64,000 nucleotides of DNA, taken from assembly GCA_964035545.1 (NCBI GenBank), contig CAXIUT010000230.1, positions 372,001 through 436,000 on the forward strand. Direction: 5' to 3'. A program made the position numbers and the translations under genes. Shown one piece after another: positions 33,001-48,700 of the stretch. How positions within the stretch are numbered: position 1 is the stretch's first letter; the number at the start of each line of letters is the position of its first letter. The notes beneath the pieces are model-generated. The model searched no databases. It was not told the origin of the DNA and worked only from the letters and a program-made list of their open reading frames with translations. The stretch comes from Bugula neritina. Taxonomy: Eukaryota; Animalia; Bryozoa.

Positions 33001-36000
33001 TATACTGCAAAACACCGAAATACACTGCTACATACTGAAATATACTGCAACACACTGCAACAAATTGCAACATACTAAAATATACTGCAACATACTGAAA
33101 TACACTGCAAAACACTGAAATACACTGTAACGTACTGAAATATACTGCGACACATTGAAATATACTTTAACATACTGAAATATGCTGTAGCACACTGAAA
33201 TACACTGCAACTCACTGAAATATACTGCAACATACTGAAATACACTGTAACATATTGAAATATACTGCAACATACTGCAACATACTGAAATACACTGGAA
33301 CATATTGAAATACACTGCAACAAATTGAAGTATACTGCAACACACTGAAACACACTGAAATACATTGTAACATACTGAAATACACTGCAACATAATACAA
33401 TATATTGAAATACACTGCAACACATTGAAATATACTGCAACATACTGAAATATACTGCGACACATTGCAATATACTGTGACATACTGAAATATGCTGTAG
33501 CACATTGAAATACACTGCAACTCACTGAAATAAACTGCAACATACTGAAACACAGTGCTACATACTGAACTATACTGCAACATACTGCAACATACTGAAA
33601 TACACTGTAACATACTGAAATACACTGCAACATACTACAACATTTTGAAATACACTGCAACACATTGAAATATACTGCAACATACCTAAATATACGGTAA
33701 TATACCAAAATATACTGTAACATATTGAAAAATACTGCAACATACTGAAATACACTTCAACACACTGAAAAACACTGCAAAATACTGTAACACACTGAAA
33801 TATACTGCAAAACACAGAAATACACTGCTACATACTGAAATATACTGCAACACAGTGCAACATACTGCAACATACTAAAATATACTGCAACATACTGAAA
33901 TACACTGCAAAATACTGAAATACACTGTAACATACTGAAATACACTGCAAAATAATACAACATATTGAAATACACTGCAATACATTGAAATATACTGCAA
34001 CATACCTAAATATACGGTAATATACTGAAATATACTGTAACACATTGAAAAATACTGCAAAATACTGAAATACACTGCAACATACTACAACATACTGAAA
34101 TACGCTGTAATACATTGAAATACACTGCAACACATTGAAATATACTGTAACTCGCTGAAACATACTGTAACTCACTGAAATATAGTGTAATATACGGAAA
34201 TGTACTGTAAAATACTGGAATATACTGTAACACACTGAAATATACTGCAACATAATGAAATACGCTGTAACATACTGAAATACACTGCAACATCCTGCAA
34301 CATATTGGAAGACACTGCAACACATTGAAATATACTGCAACATACCTAAATATACGGTAATATACCAAAATAAACTGTTACACATTGAAAAATACTGCAA
34401 CATACTGAAATACGCTGCAACACACTGAAAAACACTGCAAAATACTGTAACACACTGAAATATACTGCAAAATACTGAAATACACTGCTACATACTGAAA
34501 TATACTGCAACACACTGCAACATACTGCAACATACTAAAATATACTGCAACATACTGAAATACACTGCAAAATACTGAAATACACTGTAACATACTGAAA
34601 TATACTGCAAAATACTGAAATACACTGCTACATACTGAAAAATACTGCAACACATTGCGACATACTGCAACATACTAAAATACGCTGTAACATATTGAAA
34701 TACACTGCTACACATTGAAATATGCTGCAATGTACCGAAATATATGGTAAACTACTGAAATATACTGTCACACATTGAAAAATACTGACACATACTGAAA
34801 TATACTACGACACATTGCAATATACTGTAACATACTGAAATATGCTGTAGCACACTGAAATACACTGTAACATATTGAAATATACTGCAACATACTGAAA
34901 TACACTGCAACATACTACAACATATTGGAAGACACTGCAACACATTGAAATATACTGCAACATACCTAAATATACGGTAATATACCAAAATAAACTGTTA
35001 CACATTGAAAAATACTGCAACATACTGAAATACGCTGCAACACACTGAAAAACACTGCAAAATACTGTAACACACTGAAATATACTGCAAAATATTGAAA
35101 TACACTGCTACATACTGAAATATACTGCAACACACTGCAACATCCTGCAACATACTAAAATATACTGCAACATACTGAAGTACACTGCAAAATACTGAAA
35201 TACACTGTAACATACTGAAATATATTGCAACATACTGAAGTACACTCCTACATACTGAAATATACTGCAACTCACTGCAACAAACTCCAACATACTAAAA
35301 TACACTGTAACATATTGAAATACACTGCAACACATTGAAATATACTGCAAAATACTGAAATACACTGCTACACACTGAAATATACTGCAACATACGGCAA
35401 CATACTGCAACATACTAAAATATACTGCAACATACTGAAATACACTGCAAAATACTGAAATACACTGTAACATACTGAAATATACTGCAACATACTGAAA
35501 TACACTGTAACATATTGAAATACACTGCAACACAGTGAAATATACTGCAATGTGCCGAAATATATGGTAAACTACTGAAATATACTGTCACATTTTGAAA
35601 AATACTGCAACATACTGAAATATACTGCGACACATTGCAATATACTGTAACATACTGAAATATGCTGTAGCACATTGAAATACACTGCAACTCACTGAAA
35701 TATACTGCAACATACTGAAATACACTGTAACATATTGAAATACACTGCAACATACTGAAATACAGTGCTACATACTGAAATATACTGCAACATACTGCAA
35801 CATACTGAAATACACTGTAACAAACTGAAATACACTGCAACATACTACAACATTTTGAAACACACTGCAACACATTGAAATATACTGCAACATTCCTAAA
35901 TATACGGTAATATACCAAAATATACTGTAACACATTGAAAAATACTGCAACATACTGAAATACACTGCATTACACTGAAAAACACTGCAAAATACTGTAA

Positions 36001-36319
36001 CACACTGAAATATACTGCAAAATACTGAAATACACTGCTACACACTGAAATATACTGCAACATACGGCAACCTACTGCAACATACTAAAATATACAGCAA
36101 CATACTGAAATACACTGCAAAACACTGAAATACACTGTAACATACTGAAATATACTGCAACATACTGAAATATACTGCTACATACTGAAATATACTGCAA
36201 CACACTGCAACATACTGCAACATACTAAAATACACTGTAACATAATGAAATACACTGCAACACATTGAAATATACTGCAAAATACTGAAATACACTGCTA
36301 TATACTGAAATATACTGCA

Positions 36320-37110
36320 ACACACTGCAACATACTGAAACATACTAAAATACACTGTAACATATTGAAATACACTGCAACACAGTGAAATATACTGCAA
36401 TGTGCCGAAATATATGGTAAACTACTGAAATATACTGTCACATCTTGAAAAATACTGCAACATACTGAAATATACTGCGACACATTGCAATATACTGTAA
36501 CATACTGAAATATGCTGTAGCACATTGAAATACACTGCAACTCACTGAAATATACTGCAACATACTGAAATACACTGTAACATATTGAAATACACTGCAA
36601 CATACTGAAATACAGTGCTACATACTGAAATATACTGCAACATACTGCAACATACTAAAATACACTGTAACCGACTGAAATACACTGCAACATACTACAA
36701 CATTTTGAAACACACTGCAACATACTGAAACATACTAAAATACACTGTAACATATTGAAATACACTGCAACACAGTGAAATATACTGCAATGTGCCGAAA
36801 TATATGGTAAACTACTGAAATATACTGTCACATCTTGAAAAATACTGCAACATACTGAAATATACTGCGACACATTGCAATATACTGTAACATACTGAAA
36901 TATGCTGTAGCACATTGAAATACACTGCAACTCACTGAAATATACTGCAACATACTGAAATACACTGTAACATATTGAAAAACACTGCAACATACTGAAA
37001 TACAGTGCTACATACTGAAATATACTGCAACATACTGCAACATACTGAAATACACTGTAACCGACTGAAATACACCTCAACATACTACAACATTTTGAAA
37101 CACACTGCAA
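36320..37110. repeat. 390-bp tandem duplication
   Basis: tgtgccgaaa at 36401 and 36791, catcttgaaa at 36441 and 36831, ccgactgaaa at 36671 and 37061. Confidence 0.85.
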
Positions 37111-39744
37111 CACATTGAAATATACTGCAACATTCCTAAATATACGGTAATATACCAAAATATACTGTAACACATCGAAAAATACTGCAACATACTGAAA
37201 TACACTGCATTACACTGAAAAACACTGCAAAATACTGTAACACACTGAAATATACTGCAAAACACTGAAATACACTGCTACATACTGAAATATACTGCAA
37301 CACAGTGCAACATACTCCAACATACTAAAATATACTGCAACATACTGAAATACACTGCAGAATACTGATATACACTGTAACATACTGAAATACACTGCAA
37401 AATACTACAAAATTTTGAAATACACTGCAATACATTGAAATATACTGCAACATACCTAAATATACGGTAATATACTGAAATATACTGTAACACATTGAAA
37501 AATACTACAAAATACTGAAATACACTGCAACATACTACAACATACTGAAATACGCTGTAATACATTGAATATACTGCAACATACCTAAATATGCGGTAAT
37601 ATACTGAAATAAACTATAACACATTGAAAATACTGCAACATACTGAAATACACTGCAACACACCGAAATATACTGCAAAATAAAACAACATACTGAAATA
37701 CACTGTAACATATTGAAATACACTGTAACACATTGAAATATACTGCAACATACCGAGATATATTGCAAACTACTGAAATATACTGTAACACATTGAAAAA
37801 TACTGCAACATACTGAAATTTGCTGCGACACATTGCAATATACTGTAACATACTGAAATATGCTGTAGCACACTGAAATACACTGCAACTCACTGAAATA
37901 TACTGCAAAATACTGAAATACACTAAAACATATTGAAAAATACTGCAACATACTGAAATACACTGTAACATACTGAAATACACTGCAAAATACTACAACA
38001 TATTGAAATACACTGCAACATACCTAAGTATACGGTAAGATACTGAAATATACTGTAACACATTAAAAAGTACAGCAACATACTGAAAGATACTGCAAGA
38101 TACTGCAACATACTAAAATACACTGTAACATAATGAAACACACTGCAACATACTGCATTATACAGACATACACTGGAACATAATGAAATACACTGCAACA
38201 AATTGAAGTATACTGCAACACACCGAAACATACGGCAACATACTGAAATATACTGCAACAGATTGAAATGTACAGCAACATACTGAAATATACTGCGACA
38301 CATTGCAATATACTGCAACATACTGAAATACGCGGTAATATATTGAAATACACTGCAACACATTGAAATATACTGCAACATACTGAAATATACTGCGACA
38401 CATTGCAATATACTGTAACATACTGAAACATGCTGTAGCACATTGAAATACACTGCAACTCACTGAAATAAACTGCAACATACTGAAACACAGTGCTACA
38501 TACTGAACTATACTGCAACATACTGCAACATACTGAAATACACTGTAACATACTGAAATACACTGCAACATACTACAACATTTTGAAATGCACTGCAACA
38601 CATTGAAATAAACTGCAACATACCTAAATATACGGTAATATACCAAAATATACTGTAACATATTGAAAAATACTGCAACATACTGAAATACACTTCAACA
38701 CACTGAAAAACACTGCAAAATACTGTAACACACTGAAATATACTGCAAAACACTGAAATACACTGCTACATACTGAAATATACTGCAACAGAGTGCAACA
38801 TACTGCAACATACTAAAATATACTGCAACATACTGAAATACACTGCAAAATACTGAAATACACTGTAACATACTGAAATACACTGCAAAATAATACAACA
38901 TATTGAAATACACTGCAATACATTGAAATATACTGCAACATACCTAAATATACGGTAATATACTGAAATATACTGTAACACATTGAAAAATACTACAAAA
39001 TACTGAAATACACTGCAACATACTACAACATACTGAAATACGCTGTAATACATTGAAATACACTGCAACACATTGAAATATACTGTAACTCGCTGAAACA
39101 TACTGTAACTCACTGAAATATAGTGTAATATACGGAAATGTACTGTAAAATACTGGAATATACTGTAACACACTGAAATATACTGCAACATAATAAAATA
39201 CGCTGTAACATACTGAAATACACTGCAACATCCTGCAACATATTGAAATACACTGCAGCACACTGCAACATACTGCAACATACTAAAATATACTGCAACA
39301 TACTGAATACACTGCAAAATACTGAAATACACTGTAACATACTGAAATATACTGCAAAATACTGAAATACACTGCTACATACTGAAAATTACTGCAACAC
39401 ATTGCGACATACTGCAACATACTAAAATACGCTGTAACATATTGAAATACACTGCTACACATTGAAATATGCTGCAATGTACCGAAATATATGGTAAACT
39501 ACTGAAATATACTGTCACACATTGAAAAATACTGACACATACTGAAATATACTACGACACATTGCAATATACTGTAACATACTGAAATATGCTGTAGCAC
39601 ACTGAAATACACTGTAACATATTGAAATATACTGCAACATACTGAAATACACTGCAACATACTACAACATATTGGAAGACACTGCAACACATTGAAATAT
39701 ACTGCAACATACCTAAATATACGGTAATATACCAAAATAAACTG

Positions 39745-42700
39745 TTACACATTGAAAAATACTGCAACATACTGAAATACGCTGCAACACACTGAAAAAC
39801 ACTGCAAAATACTGTAACACACTGAAATATACTGCAAAATATTGAAATACACTGCTACATACTGAAATATACTGCAACACACTGCAACATCCTGCAACAT
39901 ACTAAAATATACTGCAACATACTGAAGTACACTGCAAAATACTGAAATACACTGTAACATACTGAAATATATTGCAACATACTGAAGTACACTCCTACAT
40001 ACTGAAATATACTGCAACTCACTGCAACAAACTCCAACATACTAAAATACACTGTAACATATTGAAATACACTGCAACACATTGAAATATACTGCAAAAT
40101 ACTGAAATACACTGCTACACACTGAAATATACTGCAACATACGGCAACATACTGCAACATACTAAAATATACTGCAACATACTGAAATACACTGCAAAAT
40201 ACTGAAATACACTGTAACATACTGAAATATACTGCAACATACTGAAATATACTGCTACATACTGAAATATACTGCAACACACTGCAACATACTGCAACAT
40301 ACTAAAATACACTGTAACATAATGAAATACACTGCAACACATTGAAATATACTGCAAAATACTGAAATACACTGCTATATACTGAAATATACTGCAACAC
40401 ACTGCAACATACTGTAACATACTGAAATATACTGCAACATACTGAAATACACTGCTACATACTGAAATATACGGCAACACACTGCAACATACTGAAACAT
40501 ATTAAAATACACTGTAACATATTGAAAAACACTGCAACACAGTGAAATATACTGCAATGTGCCGAAATATATGGTAAACTACTGAAATATACTGTCACAT
40601 TTTGAAAAATACTGCAACATACTGAAATATACTGCGACACATTGCAATATACTGTAACATACTGAAATATGCTGTAGCACATTGAAATACACTGCAACTC
40701 ACTGAAATATACTGCAACATACTGAAATACACTGTAACATATTGAAATACACTGCAACATACTGAAATACAGTGCTACATACTGAAATATACTGCAACAT
40801 ACTGCAACATACTGAAATACACTGTAACAAACTGAAATACACTGCAACATACTACAACATTTTGAAACACACTGCAACACATTGAAATATACTGCAACAT
40901 TCCAAAATATACGGTAATATACCAAAATATACTGTAACACATTGAAAAATACTGCAACATACTGAAATACACTGCATTACACTGAAAAACACTGCAAAAT
41001 ACTGTAACACACTGAAATATACTGCAAAACACCGAAATACACTGCTACATACTAAAATATACTGCAACATACTGAAATACACTGCAGAATACTGATATAC
41101 ACTGTAACATACTGAAATACACTGCAAAATACTAAAAATTTTGAAATACACTGCAATACATTGAAATATACTGCAACATACCTAAATATACGGTAATATA
41201 CTGAAATATACTGTAACACATTGAAAAATATTACAAAATACTGAAATACACTGCAACATACTACAACATACTGAAATACGCTGTAATACATTGAATATAC
41301 TGCAACATACCTAAATATGCGGTAATATACTGAAATAAACTATACCACATTGAAAATACTGCAACATACTGAAATACACTGCAACACACCGAAATATACT
41401 GCAAAATAAAACAACATACTGAAATACACTGTAACATATTGAAATACACTGTAACACATTGAAATATACTGCAACATACCGAGATATATTGCAAACTACT
41501 GAAATATACTGTAACACATTGAAAAATACTGCAACATACTGAAATTTACTGCGACACATTGCAATATACTGTAACATACTGAAATATGCTGTAGCACACT
41601 GAAATACACTGCAACTCACTGAAATATACTGCAAAATACTGAAATACACTAAAACATATTGAAAAATACTGCAACATACTGAAATACACTGTGACATACT
41701 GAAATACACTGCAAAATACTACAACATATTGAAATACACTGCAACATACCTAAATATACGGTAAGATACTGAAATATACTGTAACACATTAAAAAGTACA
41801 GCAACATACTGAAAGATACTGCAAGATACTGCAACATACTAAAATACACTGTAACATAATGAAACACACTGCAACATACTGCATTATACTGACATACACT
41901 GGAACATAATGAAATACACTGCAACAAATTGAAGTATACTGCAACACACCGAAACATACGGCAACATACTGAAATATACTGCGACAGATTGAAATGTACA
42001 GCAACATACTGAAATATACTGCGACACATTGCAATATACTGCAACATACTGAAATACGCGGTAATATATTGAAATACACTGCAACACATTGAAATATACT
42101 GTAACTCGCTGAAGTATACTGCAACATACTGAAATACACTGTAACATACTGAAATACACTGCAACATACTACAACATACTGAAATACACTGCTACATACT
42201 GAAATATACTACTACATACTGCAACATTTGGCAACATACTGAAATATACTGCGACACATTGCAGTATACTGAAACATACTGAAATATGCTGTAGCACACT
42301 GAAATACACTGCAACTCACTGAAATATACTGCAACATACTGAAATACACTGTGACATACTGAAATATACTGCGACATACTGCACCATACTGAAATACACT
42401 GTAACATACTGAAATACACTGCAAGACATTGAAATATACTGCAAAATACTTAAATACACTGCTACATACTGAAATATACTGCAACACACTGCAACATACT
42501 GCAACATACTGAAATATACTGCGACACATTGCAATATACTCTAACATACTGAAATACCGTGCTACATACTGAAATATACTGCAACATACCGAAATACACT
42601 GTAACATGTTGAAATATACTGCAACATACCTAAATATACGGTAATATACCAAAATATACTGTAACACATTGAAAAATACTGCAACATACTGAAATACACT

Positions 42701-45700
42701 GCAACCTCTGAAAAACACTGCAAAATACTGTAACGCACTCAAATATACTGCAAAACACCGAAATACACTGCTACATACTGAAATATACTGCAACACACTG
42801 CAACATACTGCAACATACTAAAATATACTGCAACATACTGAAATACACTGCAAAATACTGAAATACACTGTAACATACTGAAATATACTGCGACACATTG
42901 CAATATACGGTAACAAACTGAAATATGCCGTAGCACACTGAAATACACTGCAACTCACTGAAATATACTGCAACATACTGAAATACACTGTAACATATTG
43001 AAATGTACTGCAACATACTGCAACATACTGAAATACACTGGAACATATTGAAATACACTGCAACAAATTGAAGTATACTGCAACACACTGTAACACACTG
43101 AAATACACCGCAAAACACTACAACATACTGAAACATACTGCAACATACTGAAATACACTACTACATACTGAAAAATACTGCAACATACTGCACCATACTG
43201 AAATACACTGTAACATACTGAAATACACTGCAACATAATACAACATTTTGAAATACACTGCAACACATTGAAATATACTGCAACATACCTAAATATACGG
43301 TAATATACCAAAATATACTGTAACATAATGAAATATGCTGTAGCACATTGAAATACACTGCAACTCACTGAAATATACTGCAACATACTGAAACACAGTG
43401 CTACATACTGAAATATACTGCAACATACTGCAACATACTGAAATACACTGTAACATACTGAAATTCACTGCAACATACTACAACATTTTGAAATACACTG
43501 CAACACATTGAAATATACTGCAACATACCTAAATATACGGTAATATACCAAAATATACTGTAACATAATGAAAAATACTGCAACATACTGAAATACACTT
43601 CAACACACTGAAAAACACTGCAAAATACTGTAACACACTGAAATATACTGCAAAACACTGAAATACACTGCTACATACCAAAATATACTGCAACGCAGTG
43701 CAACATACTGCAACATACTAAAATATACTGCAACATGCTGAAATACACTGCAAAATACTGAATAACACTGTAACATACTGAAATACACTGCAAAATACTA
43801 CAACATATTGAAATACACTGCAATACATTGAAATATACTGCAACATACCTAAATATAGGATAATATACTGAAATATACTGTAACACATTGAAAAATACTG
43901 CAAAATAGTGAAATACACTGCAACATACTACAACATACTGAAATACGCTGTAATACATTGAAATACACTGCAACACATTGAAATATACTGTAACTCGCTG
44001 AAACATACTGTAACTCACTGAAATATAGTGTAATATACGGAAATGTACTGTAAAATACTGGAATATACTGTAACACACTGAAATATACTGCAACATATTG
44101 AAATACACTGTAATATACTGAAATACACTACAACATCCCGCAACATATTGAAATACACTGCAGCACACTGCAACATACTGCAACATACTAAAATATACTG
44201 CAACATACTGAAATACCTTGCAAAACACTGAAATACACTGTAACATACTGAAATATACTGCAAAATACTGAAATACACTGCTACATACTGAAAAATACTG
44301 CAACACATTGCGACATACGGCAACATACTAAATTACACTGTAACATATTGAAATACACTGCAACACATTGAAATATGCTGCAATGTACCGAAATATATGG
44401 TAAACTACTGAAATATACTGTCACACATTGAAAAATACTGACACATACTGAAATATACTGCGACACATTGCAATATACTGTAACATACTGAAATATGCTG
44501 TAGCACACTGAAATGCATTGCAACTCACTGAAATATACTGCAACATACTGAAATATACTGTAACATATTGAAATATACTGCAACATACTAAAATACACTG
44601 CAACATACTACAACATATTGGAAGACACTGCAACACATTGAAATATACTGCAACATACCTAAATATACGGTAATATACCAAAATAAACTGTTACACATTG
44701 AAAAATACTGCAACATACTGAAATACACTGCAACACACTGAAAAACACTGCAAAATACTGTAACACACTGAAATATACTGCAAAATACTGAAATACACTG
44801 CTACATACTGAAATATACTGCAACACACTGCAACATACTGCAACATACTAAAATATACTGCAACATACTGAAATACACTGCAAAATAGTGAAATACACTG
44901 TAACATACTGAAATATATTGCAACATACTGAAGTACACTCCTACATACTGAAATATACTGCAACTCACTGCAACAAACTCCAACATACTAAAATACACTG
45001 TAACATATTGAAATACACTGCAACACATTGAAATATACTGCAAAATACTGAAATACACTGCTACACACTGAAATATACTGCAACATACGGCAACATACTG
45101 CAACATACTAAAATATACTGCAACATACTGAAATACACTGCAAAATACTGAAATACACTGTAACATACTGAAATATACTGCAACATACTGAAATATACTG
45201 CTACATACTGAAATATACTGCAACACACTGCAACATACTGCAACATACTAAAATACACTGTAACATAATGAAATACACTGCAACACATTGAAATATACTG
45301 CAAAATACTGAAATACACTGCTATATACTGAAATATACTGCAACACACTGCAACATACTGTAACATACTGAAATATACTGCAACATACTGAAATACACTG
45401 CTACATACTGAAATATACGGCAACACACTGCAACATACTGAAACATACTAAAATACACTGTAACATATTGAAATACACTGCAACACAGTGAAATATACTG
45501 CAATGTGCCGAAATATATGGTAAACTACTGAAATATACTGTCACATTTTGAAAAATGCTGCAACATACTGGAATATACTGCGACATATTGCAATATACTG
45601 TAACATACTGAAATATGCTGTAGCACATTGAAATACACTGCAACTCACTGAAATATACTGCAACATACTGAAATACACTGTAACATATTGAAATACACTG

Positions 45701-48700
45701 CAACATACTGAAATACAGTGCTACATACTGAAATATACTGCAACATACTGCAACATACTGAAATACACTGTAACAAACTGAAATACACTGCAACATACTA
45801 CAACATTTTGAAACACACTGCAACACATTGAAATATACTGCAACATTCCTAAATATACGGTAATATACCAAAATATACTGTAACACATTGAAAAATACTG
45901 CAACATACTGAAATACACTGCATTACACTGAAAAACACTGCAAAATACTGTAACACACTGAAATATACTGCAAAACACCGAAATACACTGCTACATACTA
46001 AAATATACTGCAACATACTGAAATACACTGCAGAATACTGATATACACTGTAACATACTGAAATACACTGCAAAATACTAAAAATTTTGAAATACACTGC
46101 AATACATTGAAATATACTGCAACATACCTAAATATACGGTAATATACTGAAATATACTGTAACACATTGAAAAATACTACAAAATACTGAAATACACTGC
46201 AACATACTACAACATACTGAAATACGCTGTAATACATTGAATATATTGCAACATACCTAAATATGCGGTAATATACTGAAATAAACTATACCACATTGAA
46301 AATACTGCAACATACTGAAATACACTGCAACACACCGAAATATACTGCAAAATAAAACAACATACTGAAATACACTGTAACATATTGAAATACACTGTAA
46401 CACATTGAAATATACTGCAACATACCGAGATATATTGCAAACTACTGAAATATACTGTAACACATTGAAAAATACTGCAACATACTGAAATTTACTGCGA
46501 CACATTGCAATATACTGTAACATACTGAAATATGCTGTAGCACACTGAAATACACTGCAACTCACTGAAATATACTGCAAAATACTGAAATACACTAAAA
46601 CATATTGAAAAATACTGCAACATACTGAAATACACTGTGACATACTGAAATACACTGCAAAATACTACAACATATTGAAATACACTGCAACATACCTAAA
46701 TATACGGTAAGATACTGAAATATACTGTAACACATTAAAAAGTACAGCAACATACTGAAAGATACTGCAAGATACTGCAACATACTAAAATACACTGTAA
46801 CATAATGAAACACACTGCAACATACTGCATTATACTGACATACACTGGAACATAATGAAATACACTGCAACAAATTGAAGTATACTGCAACACACCGAAA
46901 CATACGGCAACATACTGAAATATACTGCGACAGATTGAAATGTACAGCAACATACTGAAATATACTGCGACACATTGCAATATACTGCAACATACTGAAA
47001 TACGCGGTAATATATTGAAATACACTGCAACACATTGAAATATCCTGTAACTCGCTGAAATATAGTGTAATATACGGAAATGTACTGTAACATACTGGAA
47101 TATACTGTAACACACTGAAGTATACTGCAACATACTGAAATACACTGTAACATACTGAAATACACTGCAACATACTACAACATACTGAAATACACTGCTA
47201 CATACTGAAATATACTACTACATACTGCAACATTTGGCAACATACTGAAATATACTGCGACACATTGCAGTATACTGAAACATACTGAAATATGCTGTAG
47301 CACACTGAAATACACTGCAACTCACTGAAATATACTGCAACATACTGAAATACACTGTGACATACTGAAATATACTGCGACATACTGCACCATACTGAAA
47401 TACACTGTAACATACTGAAATACACTGCAAGACATTGAAATATACTGCAAAATACTTAAATACACTGCTACATACTGAAATATACTGCAACACACTGCAA
47501 CATACTGCAACATACTGAAATATACTGCGACACATTGCAATATACTCTAACATACTGAAATACCGTGCTACATACTGAAATATACTGCAACATACCGAAA
47601 TACACTGTAACATGTTGAAATATACTGCAACATACCTAAATATACGGTAATATACCAAAATATACTGTAACACATTGAAAAATACTGCAACATACTGAAA
47701 TACACTGCAACCTCTGAAAAACACTGCAAAATACTGTAACGCACTCAAAAATACTGCAAAACACCGAAATACACTGCTACATACTGAAATATACTGCAAC
47801 ACAGTGCAACATACTGCAACATACTAAAATATACTGCAACATACTGAAATACACTGCAAAATACTGAAATACACTGTAACATACTGAAATATACTGCGAC
47901 ACATTGCAATATACGGTAACAAACTGAAATATGCCGTAGCACACTGAAATACACTGCAACTCACTGAAATATACTGCAACATACTGAAATACACTGTAAC
48001 ATATTGAAATGTACTGCAACATACTGCAACATACTGAAATACACTGGAACATATTGAAATACACTGCAACAAATTGAAGTATACTGCAACACACTGTAAC
48101 ACACTGAAATACACCGCAAAACACTACAACATACTGAAACATACTGCAACATACTGAAATACACTACTACATACTGAAAAATACTGCAACATACTGCACC
48201 ATACTGAAATACACTGTAACATACTGAAATACACTGCAACATAATACAACATTTTGAAATACACTGCAACACATTGAAATATACTGCAACATACCTAAAT
48301 ATACGGTAATATACCAAAATATACTGTAACATAATGAAATATGCTGTAGCACATTGAAATACACTGCAACTCACTGAAATATACTGCAACATACTGAAAC
48401 ACAGTGCTACATACTGAAATATACTGCAACATACTGCAACATACTGAAATACACTGTAACATACTGAAATTCACTGCAACATACTACAACATTTTGAAAT
48501 ACACTGCAACACATTGAAATATACTGCAACATACCTAAATATACGGTAATATACCAAAATATACTGTAACATAATGAAAAATACTGCAACATACTGAAAT
48601 ACACTTCAACACACTGAAAAACACTGCAAAATACTGTAACACACTGAAATATACTGCAAAACACTGAAATACACTGCTACATACCAAAATATACTGCAAC

